This document shows, piece after piece, positions 38,287 through 53,599 of a stretch of 64,000 bases of DNA. The stretch comes from Octopus vulgaris (Eukaryota), in contig OX597826.1 of NCBI GenBank assembly GCA_951406725.2, positions 40,548,001 through 40,612,000 of the forward strand, read 5' to 3'. The number at the start of each line of letters is the position of its first letter. The stretch's first letter is position 1. The position numbers were made by a program, and so were the translations under genes. Under the pieces are notes generated by a model. It was not told the origin of the DNA. It ran no database searches and saw only the letters and a list, made by a program, of their open reading frames with translations.

Positions 38287-40650
38287 CACTGGTCAACACG
38301 ATTTTTGGTGCCAAGAAACAAAACACGTTTTTTTAGCTAATTTGATGGTATTGATTCCGAAAATGACCTTAGTTTTTTTATGTTAGCTACCGTTTATGTT
38401 GTACTGAAATTGCTCATTTTTGAAAAAGAGATCAGTTTACGATCTTGGCTGATTGCAAAATTTAGTTAAAAAATATAGTAGAAACCCATGAATTTTCAGG
38501 TAGGCCGAGCAATTTATGTCAGCTACCTGAAATAAACTATTTTTATGAGAAAAAAGTGTTTTTAAGTCAAAACTTTTCAAACAGAAGTACCGAATTTTTC
38601 CAATTTATTGCCAAAATGCAAATTAACCAATAGACTTTATCAGTAATACACTTTAGTAATACACTTTAGTAAACCTGATAATTAAGGTAACACCAAAAAA
38701 TGAAACCCTAAAATCTTCTGTTTGATATTAATAAATTTATTCCATCTTTTTTGTCTCTTCAATACGGAAGGAAACCTAGCACATTAAGAGCTTTTGTTTT
38801 CACAGTTGGAAAAAAAACTCCAACTAAAGACATCCCAATTGAATGCACCTATTCCATTGTACATGATGAACATCTTGAAAATGGTTTCACCATAATATCT
38901 GCCCTCCATGCGGGATTACGAAGATACGAAGTAGAATCAGCATAAAGACTCTTTCCATCTCTTGCTATTGACAGTTTTAGGAGTGTAATGCAAATGCTCA
39001 ACCAACTCATGCTATTTTTTAATCATAGAGATAGAATCAAATAACATGGCTTCAACGAAAGGATGCAAAAATGATCCCAACTTATTTTGCTATATATGCG
39101 GCGAGTTCACACCGAAAGCCAACAGGAAACCGATATCTGACATTTACAAGAAAGCCTATCGTGCCTACTTTCACGTCGAGCTTGATGATCACGACAAATC
39201 ATGGGCTCCTCAGATTGCTTGCAAGACATGTTTGGAACACATGAGACAGTGGACTCCAGGTACCCGAAAATCGTTGAGATTCGCAATTCCTATGATTTGG
39301 CGTAAGCCAAAGAATCGCTCTGACGAATGTTACTTCTGCTCAGTCAGTTTTGCGGGACTGAACCAAAAGAAACGCAGATCTATCGACTATTCCAGTCTTC
39401 ATTCTGCTATTCAACCAGTGCTGCATTCAGATGATTTGCCAATCCCAGTTTTTCATGAAAATTTGTTGAAACTTGTTGAAAGTGACGAGTCTGATACTGA
39501 TGTAAATGAGAGATACAGAGAAAAGGACTATATTCTCGAAACCGTACCAGAGCCGTTTAACCAAAATGAGCTGAATGATTTGGTTTGAGACTTAAAACTA
39601 AACAAAGAATCAGTAAAAGGCACAAAGGCAACATTCTATCGAAATAGGGATGCCGAATTTGTACCATTCTTTAATGAGAACACGGATCTTGTTCATTGCA
39701 ATGACTTTGGGAGCGTTCTTCTTCAACTAGGCGTCCACAAATACGATCCTGATGAATGGAGATGGTTGGTTGAAAGCTCAAAACGTAGTTTGAAATGTGT
39801 TTTGCTCCATAATACCAACATGTATGCGCCAATACCTACAGGTCATTCAACAACACTGAAAGAAAAACATGATGCCATCAAGCAGGTTATGGAACAGATT
39901 GACGACACCAAACATAAATGAGTGTTATGTGTCGATTTGAAAATGGTAAATTTCCTGCTTAGTCAACAAAGTGGCTACATGAAATTCCCATATTTTTGTG
40001 TATGTGGAACAGTAGAGCAAAAGAGGGGCATTGGAGAGGGAAAGATTGGCCACCCTGAGAGTTGAAGATAAGTGAAAAGAACGTTATTAGTGCAGCGCTA
40101 GTTCCGAAAGAAAAAAATCATTTTCCTTCCCGTGCATATCAAATTGGGATTAATGAAACCGTATGTAAAATCACTCAACAAAGAAAGTAAATGTTTTGAG
40201 TATATATGTAAATAGATTTCCAGGGCTTAGCACCGAAAAACTCAAAGCAGGAGTGTTTGATGGTCCTGATATCAGGAAACTCATTAGATATGATGAATTT
40301 GTTAATTCGATGAATGACTTAGAATTACGTGCTTGGACATCGTTTGTTGGCGTGGTAAAAAACTTCTTAGGTAATCGCCAGGCCAAAAATGACAAGGAGC
40401 TAGTGGAAAAGCTGTTGAAAAGGCTACAGGAGATAGGCGCTAATATGAGTATTAAGGCTCATTTTTTACATATCCATCTAGATAAATTTCTGGATAATTG
40501 CGGCGATGTGAGTGATTAGCAAGGAGAATGATATCCATCAGGATATCAAAACAATGGAAAAGCGCTACCAGGGACGGTGGTACAAACGAATGATAGCTTA
40601 CTACTGCTGGAGTATCAAAAGGGACTTAAATGACATTGAACATGACAGAC
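38287..40650 (+). mobile_element. Chapaev3-type (CMC superfamily) DNA transposon, 3' end lost
   Basis: 5' terminus TTA|CACTGGTCAAC; degenerate transposase downstream; runs into (TA)n with no right TIR seen. Confidence 0.82.
39046..40650 (+). pseudogene. Chapaev3 transposase pseudogene
   Basis: FCYICGE, DKSWAP..C..C, PMIWR.P....CYFC, SSKRSLKCVLLH, CVDLK, HIKLGLMK, AGVFDGP, NFLGN, MSIK.HFL..HLD.F, HQDI..ME.RYQG.W, YCW; multiple stops and frameshifts. Confidence 0.88.
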
Positions 40651-40671
40651 AATTACATATTATATATATGC

Positions 40672-40763
<92 letters not shown>

Positions 40764-41473
40764 AAATATTTAACTATAGTACTACATGATAAGACTTACC
40801 CTGTTTCATTATCAATGGCCTGCTAGTGGGTGACCCTCTTAATGATCAGCTAACATCTTGTTTCAAGTTTTCCTTTACCAAACCTCATGATATTGCTTCT
40901 AATAAATCTTGATTTTTATGACTATACCAACTATGATATCTGTCTGCTCCCTCAGACTTCCCCCTAACAGATACTGCCCTCTGTTCTCTCAGCCTTAGAT
41001 ATACTAGGATTTGATAAACTAGTCTATAAATTAAAACTGACCCCAATAAAAATAAAAATCAGTGACAGGCAGAGTTTGTAACAATGTAGATCTTCTTGAT
41101 AACTTAGTAACTTCTATGCTGGAGTGGAGACAGCATGTTCTTTGTCTATCTCTTTAACTTCTTTGAGATTTTAGGTATAATTATACTAATGTGTCCATCT
41201 GTTCTAATTTAATTAAATTCTATGTCTTTGTGCAGCTGAGGATTGCTCTGCTTTTACATTGATGTAATGATTGCATTGTTCAATTAAATGGAGTTGCAGG
41301 AAACGATCGTACTGCATTACCTCTGGATATCCTTGTTGCTTATTTTGATTTTAATCGCCTTACTTTGAAATTGTATGGATAATACCATACTAAATTCTGG
41401 TGTCTCAACTTAAGTACCATATTCATCTGAATCTAAATTTTGCTGAACTCATTTACCATACCCAAAGCATATG

Positions 41474-41655
<182 letters not shown>

Positions 41656-41959
41656 TGGATAAAACTGTACGCGATAATATATGCAAGCATATGTGCTTAT
41701 GTGTGTTCAGAGATACAAGTACGCCTAAGAATATTAAGGAAAAATGAATATTCTGGTCATAATCTCGCAAATTTTTATAATAATTACTGGAGGCTGACAA
41801 ATGTACCAACACAGACGAGTATGTGAGACGTGTATGTAAATATTCTTATAATATTGAGCACATTTAGTTAACACTCCTGCAACCAATAGTTTTATACAAT
41901 TTTTATAACATATAATTTGTGAGTGGAAAATGGCGATCCTGCAGTCAAGGGAAAAATAG

Positions 41960-42625
41960 TTGTCCATTGATACATTCCCCAGAGATGGTGCGATACGAGT
42001 TATCACTGAAAAAGGTGGCTGTTTCTATCGGAGCATTTCTTTGGAACATCATCTGTACGAGCGAGATGTGACAGAAAGAGTTGCACCTGTAAGAGAGAAG
42101 ACTGCCACTTCGAGAGAACCGTAAATAATATAGGAGAGATCAATAAAAATTGTACAGAGGCAGATGCTAGAGTATCGAATACCCCACCTTCGAAAAGGTT
42201 TTGAAAATGGGGTTCAGCAACCAAGAACCCAATACTGAGCCTCTTATAAACAATGGACAGCGATACAAGTTGTTGACATGGACCGGAGTTCAGTACTGAG
42301 AAGTGATCCAGAGTGTTGTTCTTTCATGAGAACAAGTTCTGCATCTCATTCAGAAATGAAGGTTGCAAGTTTTTTTTTGTGGGGGGGGGGACTAACATGA
42401 CACAGCATCACAAGATTTTGAATTCCAGCTTCAAGATCCAGCAGTTAGTGGTGATTTGTGGTGTTATGTCATATGAAAGTTTGGGTTACGGAGTCACAGG
42501 CAAGACAGTAAACCACCAAGAGATGCTGGAGTACTTCATATGTGCATTAACCAACAGTAATTTGGTGATGACAAATTTCTGTTCCAACTGGAACTGTCAC
42601 CTGCACACAGTGCTAAAACATTTAT
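41960..42625 (+). mobile_element. Highly degraded Tc1-like transposase relic
   Basis: VLFFHENKFCISF (cf. VLFSDESKF), VVICGVMS, HQEMLEYF, FLFQLELSPAHSAK (cf. FQQD.APAH.AK). Confidence 0.7.
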
Positions 42626-42749
42626 TTGCCTAGTGACTCACCCTTGATATCCTATAAAAAATTTCACTTGAAATGAAGCTTAAGATGCGTCTCAGCAGTC
42701 AGTGGGAACCATAGGCTGCTATTGGAATGTAGATAGCTACATATATATA

Positions 42750-43593
42750 TAAATGATCAATACGTAACCGGATGATTACCATAGTAATGCAGCTAAATCA
42801 TACAGAGTAAGGCCGTTTAGCACAGATTGACCTTGAACTCTGCTGTGTTTGTACAGTAAGTTTTAACGTTCTAGCTCTCTTCCGCTGTTTACAGCAGTGC
42901 TTCGAAGGAAGGTATATAGCGTGTGATCGTTGCATTGACCATGACAGAGGAAGTTGAGCAGAGAATCTGCATCTAATTTTGCCAAAAACTGGTGATACCC
43001 GCTCAGAGGCCTACACAAAGTTTCTAAAAAGATTTCATTGCTCTCGACACAATCAAGGAGATCTTGTGTCTTTTTGGTCAACTGAAAGCAGTTTTGGCAC
43101 AAACTTGGTAGACACGCATCTCATACCCAAATCTTCAGTCGTAATAGACTGAACTGAACCATAACTAATCTGCACATTCTCTGATAACTCACAGATGATG
43201 ATTTGACGGTTTGCCCTCAAAGCTTCATACACATCTGCGATGTCTTTCTCGGTTCTGTAGGTTGCGTGTCTCCCAGAACGTTCGTCAATACTGACATTTT
43301 TCCAGCCATCTTGGAAACCTTTGAATCACTTGTACACTTGTATGTCTCATACACTCCTTTCCATACACTTTCTGCAACTTTGTGCTGGCCTCTGAGCCGG
43401 TCAATGCGACGATCACACTCTACACACCTTCCATTCAAGCACTGGAGTAAACAGCGAAAGTGACCTAGAACGTTAAAACTTTGTGCAGATGCACAACAAA
43501 GTTCAATAGCAGTCTTTGCCAAGTAACTTGACTCTGCGTGCTTTAGCTTCGTTATTATGGCAACAGTCCAGATACTTATTAATCAAACCTCGT
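42750..43593. mobile_element. Two convergent mariner 5' ends forming a foldback-like element
   Basis: Plus strand: MTEEVEQRICI*FCQKL; minus strand: HTH-region remnants; about 200-bp diverged inverted arms; cctcgtg terminus at about 43588-43594. Confidence 0.75.
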
Positions 43594-44159
43594 GTGTGCG
43601 TATATATATATACACATATATATATATATTATATATGTATATTTACATATATACATATATATATATATATATATACGCGTGTATACGCGTGTATACGCGT
43701 GTGTGCGTGAGCGTGTGTGTGTGTGTATGTGTGTGTGGATTTGCATCCTCATCCACAAAGACACATTCATACCTTATAGATACATATTGGCTTGTTAGCC
43801 GTGTCCTTATAGATGTGGAATTGAGAGTTAACAAAAAAGTAGAATAATTTTTGCTATATACATATAAACATACTGGCTCACATAAATGTGAATACATGTG
43901 AATATATACACACATTGCCACATAATATATCTGCATGTATCTATATGAACACATGCATATACAGACATCTAAGCAGACACACAGATGTGCATTCATATAC
44001 GCATATGTACATATACATATATATTTTGACATACACGCACTCTCACATCTATGAGGATACATACACGTGTTGCCATACAATGCATACACATGCGCAATAC
44101 ATATACATGCTGGCAGGCACACGATTACATGTGCATAGAGGAATATGATATAATTATAA

Positions 44160-44785
<626 letters not shown>

Positions 44786-44799
44786 ATATATATATATAT

Positions 44800-44864
<65 letters not shown>

Positions 44865-45360
44865 CAATTCATAAAAATGATACAATCATGATATAGAATA
44901 TAACTGTGTGGCGTACGAATTACATGCATATACATGCATATATGAATATACATACACACATAATCATGTCTTTTACCTTTTATCTTTTAATTTCCACTCA
45001 GACTGCGGTCATGCTGGGGTACCACCTTAAGGAATTTTAATCGATCTAATCGACTCTAGTACTTATCTGTGTGTTTTTATATCCTTGTTGCTATATATGG
45101 ACTGATGGGTGGCATGTGGGATTGTAACTGAAGTGTCGGTGTTAGTGTGTAGCAAGTAGATAATAGATGTTTGTGTGCGTATGCGTGTGTGCTGTGAGTG
45201 TTTAGCAACAAGTGTATGTGTATACTGTTTAAAACTGTTGGTGCCTATAGTGTTAGGGTTTTTGTTAAACGGTATGATCGAGTTATTTAAATGAACTGTA
45301 GGTGTGTGGGATGTGTGATTGTGAAGTGAAGTTAAAGGAAAAGCGGTTGGGAATTTAGAT

Positions 45361-45620
45361 TGTTATGACCAGAGTCTGAAGAGAAAAAAAATTAATTCCT
45401 GTTCCAGATGGACGCACGAGTCTGGGGGTCTTTGACCAAGGACAGTCCGAACACAGATAGATGCTGAAGGAAATGACCAGCTGATCGGAAGTGGCACGAA
45501 GCAGTTGTGTTATTACCGAGTCTTATATCTGACCAGCTGAGCTGAAGTGATACGAAACCGTTGTACCATTACCGAGTCTTATTTCCCGAAAATGTCAGAC
45601 AGAACTGTCAGGCTACGACA
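45361..45620. mobile_element. Possible solo LTR with internal ~59-bp tandem duplication
   Basis: Begins TGTTATGACC, ends GGCTACGACA (imperfect terminal IR); tgaccagctga...ttaccgagtcttat occurs twice; no TSD found. Confidence 0.35.
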
Positions 45621-45713
45621 GCCAGTTTGTCCCCTGTAAAAGGAGAGGAAAAAAGAGTAAAGAAAGCAGTAAATGAGATTACTGGAGATACTTGTGGAGG
45701 AGTCGGTGACATA

Positions 45714-45968
45714 GAAGGAGTGATGGCAGAGACGTTAGTACGCCGGGCGAAGGAGTGATGGCAGAAACGTTAGCACGCCGGGCGAAATGCGTAGCCGTAA
45801 CGTTCTGAGTTCAAATTCCGCCGAGGTCGACTTTGCTTTTCATCCTTTCGGGGTCGATTAAATAAGTACCAGTTACACACTGGGGTCGATACAATCGACT
45901 TAATCCGTTTGTCTGTCCTTGTTTGTCCTCTCTGTGTTTAGCTCCTTGTGGGTAGTAAAGAAATAGGT
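45714..45968 (+). mobile_element. Family M tRNA SINE with 35-bp duplicated head
   Basis: tggcagaaacgttagc...gttcaaattccgccgaggtcgac...tttcatcctttcggggtcgat...gtgggtagtaaagaaatagg. Confidence 0.9.
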
Positions 45969-46047
45969 GGCGTTAGAGGAGAAAGGGGAAGCGTGGCAAC
46001 GGGGCGAATACATGTGTATGTGCATGTTCGTGTATTTATACGTACAT

Positions 46048-46122
<75 letters not shown>

Positions 46123-47109
46123 TGTTTTATGTGTATGAAATTAAGAGAATGCTCACAAAAATTTAATTAATTCTATATCATATACCAAAAGTTCTTGCTT
46201 GAACAATCTCCAATAGTAAACAGTAAATGGTTTGTGATTTCATTAACACAGTGGAAAGTAACGATATGAGAATAATGAGATTAATAAAAAGTTAGCTGTG
46301 CATAATATGCCGTGAGAGTACAGGCGTACACATGCACGCGCGCATGAACAAACACACACGCACGTGCCCACACATACACACGCGCGCGTACAAACATACA
46401 TACATATATATACGTGTGTGTATGTATGTGTGCACATAATTCAAAATCAATTAATTTCTAATGTAAGTGTATTTGTAAGAACAATGTATACAAGAAGACA
46501 ATGGCTAGTGCTAAATTGATATGTTGGTAACTAATGGAAATTACCTATCGGTCAATGATTTTTAAGTCAGCCCAGCTTGTCTCGTGATTTTAGATAACTG
46601 ATTCTTTTCTATCGAACCATCTCAAAGAGTTAATGGTTGTCTGGTAACTACAGAAACACAACAGTGAAAGAGATCAAAGCAAAGCAGTTTATGTATAGTA
46701 GCCACCACGTTACTCAAACGGCGAAATGCTAAAATGCATACATATATATATAAGTCTGTCATATACACATACATGCATGAATACTCACGCGCACGCACAT
46801 ATGCATGCATACATAAATACATACATACATGCATGCATACATACATACATACATACATACATACATGCATACATACTTACATGCATACAAATATACATGC
46901 ATACATACATACATACATACATACATACATACATACATACATACATACATACATAGATTCATACATACGACCGAATGAACAATTGAAAGAAGTGGCACCT
47001 AAAACACTCGGTAAAACTTACATATATTTTCTATAATAGCTTGACTAGGCTCCATTTGACTTACAGTTTTGTGGTCACTTAGATGATGTCCATCTCATTC
47101 AGAAATCAG

Positions 47110-48060
47110 AAGAGTGAGAGGATGGGGAGAAATTCAAAATTGTTTCTAGCTTTTAGGATGCTATTGTATAAATTGTATGAATAAAAAGTATGCGCTCTTA
47201 CACCAATATAAAAATGGCCAAATAACCTTTCAGAATTATAATACCTTATAATACCTACAAAACGCTACTCACTACAATTATAAAATGGGCTAAATATGAA
47301 TATTTTCAAAATAAATTTCATGCAAACCTTGGTGTTGCGAAGAAAACATGGAAAATAATAAACTAACTCACAAGCAATCAAAAAAAGAAACATGGTTCAT
47401 GAAATTTTACAGGAAAATAAATCACTTTCTAACCCACATGATACAGTATGCTCCTTCAATAATTACTTCTTTAATGTAGCTACAAACCTTAACAATCAGA
47501 TAAAACTCTCCTCCCAAACACCCACCCACCCCTGTTGTCCTACACGGTAACCCAAACTCTTTCTTTGCATTTCCTTCTTTCCTAGACGAAGTAAGATCAG
47601 TTAAAAAGTCCCTTAAAAATAAACCAGACTCAAATGAAAATATCCCTTCATATATTTACAAACATACTGTTGACATAATCGACTTACCTATTGCAATGCC
47701 CTTTTCTGAATCAATTGCACAAGGCGTATTCCCTGGCTGTCTAAAAACGACACGTGTCATTCCAGTTTATAAAACAGGTGTCTCTAACCTTGTAATTAAC
47801 TACAGACCTATATCTACCCTCTCTACTCACTCGAAGATTTTTGAAAAGTTAATGTACAAGAGACTACAGTCATTTCTCAGTCTTAACAAAATACTATTAA
47901 ATCACCAATTTAGCTTCAAAGAAAACTTAGTACTGCTGATGCAATCTTTGAATTTCTAGATCATGACTACAGTTCACTAAACATCTCTAAATATGTCTTT
48001 GCACTTTACTTAGATATCAGTAAAGCGTTCGATTCTGTACATTCAAATATATTGTTTCAC
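47110..48060 (+). mobile_element. CR1/L2-group LINE RT fragment
   Basis: KKTWKII, FNNYF, GVFPGCLKTTRVIPVYK, NYRPISTL, KIFEKLMYKRL, LDISKAFDSV. Confidence 0.85.
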
Positions 48061-49978
48061 GAAAGTGAAAACTATTTCTACAGTGTGCAAACGGACTATT
48101 GAAATATCTTATACACGGTAACAAATGTATTCAAAGACATAAAGCCCAAAACTTTACAAAGTGTGGTTGAAAAATCCCATGTTGAAGTCAAAGAATTGCT
48201 TGCAAACTTACAAATGCCAAAAATAGAGTTGGAAACATTCAAGGGCGATCCGCTCGTGTACCATCAGTTTATTAAATCGTTTCAGCTCAACGTTGATTCG
48301 ATTTCTAATAATGATTTCAAACTGACGCGTTTAATTCAGTACACACTAGTTTCCGCGATAGATGCCATCAGGGGCTTCTCTTAATCGGTGGTGAGGGGCG
48401 ATGTCAACAAGCACTTGCTATTCTCCAGAACAGATTTGGCAATTCCCACTTGGTAACCGAGGAAATCCTCAATAATGTGAAACAAAGTGGAGGCACATGG
48501 CCTAGTGGTTAGAGCAGCGAACTCGCGGTCGAGGGATCGCGGGTTCGAATCTCACACTGGACGATGTGTGTGTTTATGAGCGAAGCACCTAAGCTCCACG
48601 CGGCTCCGGCAGAAGGTAATGGCGAAACTTCTGCTGACTCTTCCGCCACAACTTTCTCTCACTCTTTCCTCCTGCATCTTGCAGCTCACCTGCGACGGAC
48701 CGGCGTCCCGTCCAGGTGGGGAACCTATACGCCAAGGAAACCGGGAAACCGGCCCTTATCAGCCAGGCATGGCTCGAGAAGGAACAAACAGCAATGTGAA
48801 ACAAAGTAAACTAGTGAAAACACCGCAAGAATTACAGAAACTAGCGGACGATCTGAAAAATTCCGAGTTGATTTTAACGAAGCTAAACATACTTCAAGAA
48901 GTGAAATTGCAATCAAACATTTTGTACATTATTAACCGTTTACAACCTTACTCACAAATTAAGTGGAAGAAACGTGCTCTTGAATACAAAAGTTCCAAGG
49001 AAGATTATCCTAAATTCAATTTTCTGGTAGAGTTTACTGCTTAAACTGCATCAGATGTGAATGACCCTGTTTATGGCAAAATGATGATAAAGAAATATCA
49101 CGATCATGGGTCAAAGACTGCTACTACTACAAGCTTGATTACTAGTGCTACTAATCACTGAGACAATATAACCATACTGGTACTTATGCGCGTGCAGAAC
49201 CAGCATGTGTTGTGTAATGAACATCATCGATTGTGGCATTGCCAGATGTTTCGGAGAATGACACCAAAAGACAGATTAGGCCTTGTCATAGAACGGAAAT
49301 TGTGTCGTAATTGCCTTTTGCCTAGGCACGATACGGAACCATGTAGGAAACAATGTAATGTGGCAGGTTGTGGTAAAAGACAAAACACACCATGTACATT
49401 CATGTAAATGAAAATCCATCAAGTCAGGATAGTAATGTGTCAAACGCTAATATATCTGCTAGCACCGATTCAGTTACACACATGCCAATTGTACGAATTG
49501 GAATTAATGGTGGTATGAAAGTGTTTGTCCTGCTTGATACAGGCGCAAGTAATTCCTTTTGTACAAGTAATCTAGCAAAACGATTGCACTTGCAGGGTAA
49601 ATTTGTGTCGTATCATATGAATACATTGAACAGGTTTACATCAGCTAAGTTAGAAATGGTTAGTTTATCTTTATGTACTGAAGATGATGACAGTTTAGAG
49701 ATTTCTGGTGTAAATGTGGTTGATGAAATCCCGGCAAAAACAACACAGATAGATTTAAGCAAATATGAACATCGTGATATTAGCTTGCCACATTGTGATA
49801 GTTCTTGCCAAGTAGATCTATAACTAGGTCAAGATCATGCAGAAGCCTTTATACAATTAGAGGTACATAAGGGTAACGAAGGAGAGACCATTGTTGTTAG
49901 AACAGTCTTTGGTTGGGGTATCAATGGCCAGTCACCGGTTAAAAAAGGTTAGTTGTCAAGTCATATCTAACTTTGTTA
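48060..49978 (+). mobile_element. BEL/Pao LTR retrotransposon gag-protease fragment
   Basis: MPKIELETFKGDP...F (Pao gag), triple Cys-His knuckles (LCNEHH...C; LCRNCL..H...C; C...CGK), aspartic protease VLLDTGA. Confidence 0.85.
48489..48792 (+). mobile_element. Young tRNA-derived SINE (third family) inserted in BEL/Pao gag
   Basis: A box tggcctagtgg, B box ggttcgaatc; perfect 15-bp TSD aatgtgaaacaaagt at 48474-48488 and 48793-48807. Confidence 0.93.
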
Positions 49979-50004
49979 TATAAACATATATATATATATA
50001 CATA

Positions 50005-50170
50005 TACGACGAACTTCTTTCAGTTTCCGTCAACCAAATCTACTCAAAAGGCTTTGGTCGGCCCGAGGCTATAGTAGAAGACACTTGCCCAAGGTGCCAC
50101 GCAGTGAGACTGAACCAGGAACCATGTGGTTCGTAAGTAAGCTACTTACCACACAGCCACTCCTACGCCT
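50005..50170 (-). mobile_element. Family C SINE, head + core half
   Basis: Matches 15422-15586. Confidence 0.88.
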
Positions 50171-51059
50171 ACGCCACACAGCTACTCCTACGCTTAAATA
50201 TTTTATATAAATCAGTCATTATCCGATATTGAACACAAAATGGTAGGTTGATTAGACATGAATATACTGTCAATTTCTGACATGCACTGATACATCCATA
50301 CATCCAACAAAACATACAAATTATATATGCATAAATACATGCATGCATACATGCGTGTATGTGTATGTGGGTGACTGTGTGTGCATGCATACACACTCAC
50401 CAATATAAATACATACATATGTGTATACAAATATTCTTGTATGTGTAAATGTACAGATTTGTCGTGTTATGTTTGTATGTAGATATGTATATGTATATGT
50501 ATTAGTATGCGTGAGAGCAGATATATAAGTGTTTGTGGGTGGTGATTCTGTTGAATTAATACAATTCTGTTGACAATTCTTCCGTTTCCTTAGAATATTT
50601 CAGCATTTTCCCCCACTTCAAAATATACATTTTGGGCAAATCTTCAAATGTTTAATGACTGAAATGGAATCTTTCCAAGTGTGAAAATTCGCCGTGAAGT
50701 TGAGAAGACGTGAATGTAATAAAGAAATATGCCGCCGCCAACAGCGGCCCAAATGTAATAAATAGTTGTTTTAGCAATTGGACATCCCAAAAGAACCGGG
50801 AGAAAATAATGATATATATGTTTTTTCAAGACTATGTGCGGTTTTACATTGTAATTTCGTCGTCATCATCGACGTCGTTATTGTGCGTTCGTTTGTTTTG
50901 ATTTTTAATCTTTATGTTTGGCCTCACATCAATCGAGACTGTGAGCAAAGGCGCTTTCAACGAGCGCTTGTCCAGTGTTCTTTTCGTATGTATGAAGTTA
51001 TTTTTTCTCTTTTTTAAGTCATAATATATCGAGGCAATAGAAAGATGTCTACTTCGATT

Positions 51060-51990
51060 TTAAGACGGTATGGTGTGATTAGATGGAGATTTAGCTGTTA
51101 TTCCCAGCAGGTTGAATGACTGAGTAGAGCCTCCATTTTATGTTGTTATTTTCAGCAACATCAGACTAGCTTTGATCGAAAAGACCATGCGTCATTGTTG
51201 GAGGATGACGTGTCTAGTATACATTACCTTATATCTATCGTTCCTTCTTTAAAACTGTAGAGTATTATTTGAAGATCTGCTTCCTTCTAATACTACATTT
51301 TCGTAGTGAAAGTCTAATTTATTCCGAAGTAACTTCTCCAAAAAGAAAAACGGTCGTAATTTTCATAATTAGCGTCAAGAACTACATTCGTGTACGTATC
51401 TTCAATAAAATCTGTAGAGGTAGTTCAAACCGAAAAGATACCCATTTGTTCCAGACATCGTGTATTTAAGGATAATCTAGCTGCTATTTCTAGCAGATAA
51501 AGTAACTATGAAGAGGTTCCAGTGATGGCTTATATTTTTGTTGTTGGTGGTTAACCCCAGGATGGGTTTGAACGAGCAGATTTATGTTCAAACGTAATTC
51601 AATAGGGACCATCGCGTTTTATTTTATTTTATTTATTAATTTTTGTATTACTTAGTATTGTTTTCTCCGGATAGAATTATCCATTGTGCTTTTCTTTGTT
51701 TGATGTGCATTTGGTTACTATCTTTAGCAAAGCGAACTACTGCTAAGTGACTTTCTCGCTGCTTCCTTATATTATGTTGTACGTTTTAGTGTAGATGCCT
51801 TTGTGGGGGTCATTTTACCAACTAGAAATAGCAATTAGATCTCTTTCGAATCTCATCATACTATCTTAAAGCAAAAAGATGCATTGGACAATATAGTCCA
51901 AGATATGCTAAGAGATGGGATGGTCACGGTTGGAATATATTTGACAATAGATGTGCTCGATCATTTCTGAACTTGTGGCTAAACAACACT
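51060..51990. repeat. Cluster of degenerate family D repeats in mixed orientation
   Basis: Recurrent gagattt.gctg.tatt.c.agcag motif or its complement near 51090, 51480, 51720 and 51825. Confidence 0.5.
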
Positions 51991-53392
51991 ATAAATGTCG
52001 TTGAATGAATAAAATGTTTGGATACATGTTGATTCATCTTTTAAGTAAGTCAGGACAACTTATCATGAGATCAGAATCCAGCTTAAAAGTAGTGAAGAGA
52101 AATACTTGATGCTGGAAGCAAAGGAAAATGAACGTCAGGTCGACAAGTTCTGAATAAAGTAGAAATTAATGATTTGAGTTCAGTTGTCTTAAATTGGATT
52201 ATAATTTCTCGGAAAATCTCTAACTTTTAGGCAACGCAATTATATTTGTCACTAATTGTACGAATCTTTTGTACGAGTAGAATTCTATAAGCTCTAATAC
52301 ATTGCCGGTGATGTGTCTATATCTAAATTGTGTAAAATATTCTTTAGGTTGCAAACGGAAGAATATAAAACATTGTAACTTAAAGCACATATTTTGACAA
52401 ATAATAATGTAACAGCGATGTAAAGAGTTGCGATTAAATTATCTCAATTATATCAATCATAAATTGTTTCCCTTAAACTACGAATATCAATTTGTCGGTA
52501 CATCTCAGTTTGAGTGGATGGGGTAGGAGAGGGCAGATTCTCAGTATAATCTCTCATGCTATCTCAAATGAATCATGAGAATGTATCAGTACATCTCAAT
52601 CCATGGTTAACAACATCAAAGAAACAGTTTAATGCCGTAAAACAAAGGGAAGAAAACGGTATATAAGACAATATTTAAATAAAGTATTAAGTAATAAATG
52701 TCTTAGGTGAATTATTGTTAACATGATTATGATATATCCCCGACTGTTAACCTCATCTTTAAAGATGTGGCATCATTTAATATTTGTATCTGCACAGTAA
52801 TAATTCAAATACTTTATATTTCTAAACTTGAAGTTAATAGACCGAAAAATTATAAACAGCTCAGAAACAGCTTAAGAAAAGTTTACTTTTTCCTATCAAA
52901 GAAGAATATAAAATTAATTCGAAATAGAATTTATGTGAAGTATTGAAATGGATATTTAGATAAGATCAAAAGTGATTTTAGAAACAATTCTTTCAGCAAA
53001 TGATGTAGACAAATAGGACATCTGACGATGTTATAGAAATGCAATGATGTGAAGAAGGTGATTTATTAATTAATCTATCATATAAAGTGGTTTTAGCTTT
53101 AAACAATTGAGCAATAACATTTCTAATTATGAAGAATTCTTTGTAATTTTGCCAGAAGATAATTTATAGTGTACGAAGGTTGTATTGCAAGTTCTAACTT
53201 TGAATATTTCCCTGTGGTTTTGTCAGAACATTTCTATCATGCATTTCTTTTTCTCGGGAATACATACTTGAATAGGTACCACACTGCTACTTGCAACAGA
53301 TTAATTACCAGCTTGTATATGGTGAGGGAATCAGCTTCCATCGGCTTGGTGCCAAAAAACTGCAGTTAAACATCTGTTCTTTTTGGAAATGT

Positions 53393-53393
53393 A

Positions 53394-53466
<73 letters not shown>
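53393..53466. repeat. (ATT)n microsatellite
   Basis: Direct reading. Confidence 0.97.
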
Positions 53467-53468
<2 letters not shown>

Positions 53469-53599
53469 CGTCCTGGCTGGACGTGTGTCGTACTGCTCAT
53501 GGGTTTATCTGTTTACTTGTGTCTCCACAAGTCGTTAACTGTTGAATTTTGTTCCAAAACATTTGTTGGCGCCACCAGGACTTCATAGGACTGAGCGGT

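Noticed and set aside
48489-48562. tRNA gene
   Set aside because: A/B boxes are present, but it is the head of a TSD-flanked SINE and the acceptor stem does not close
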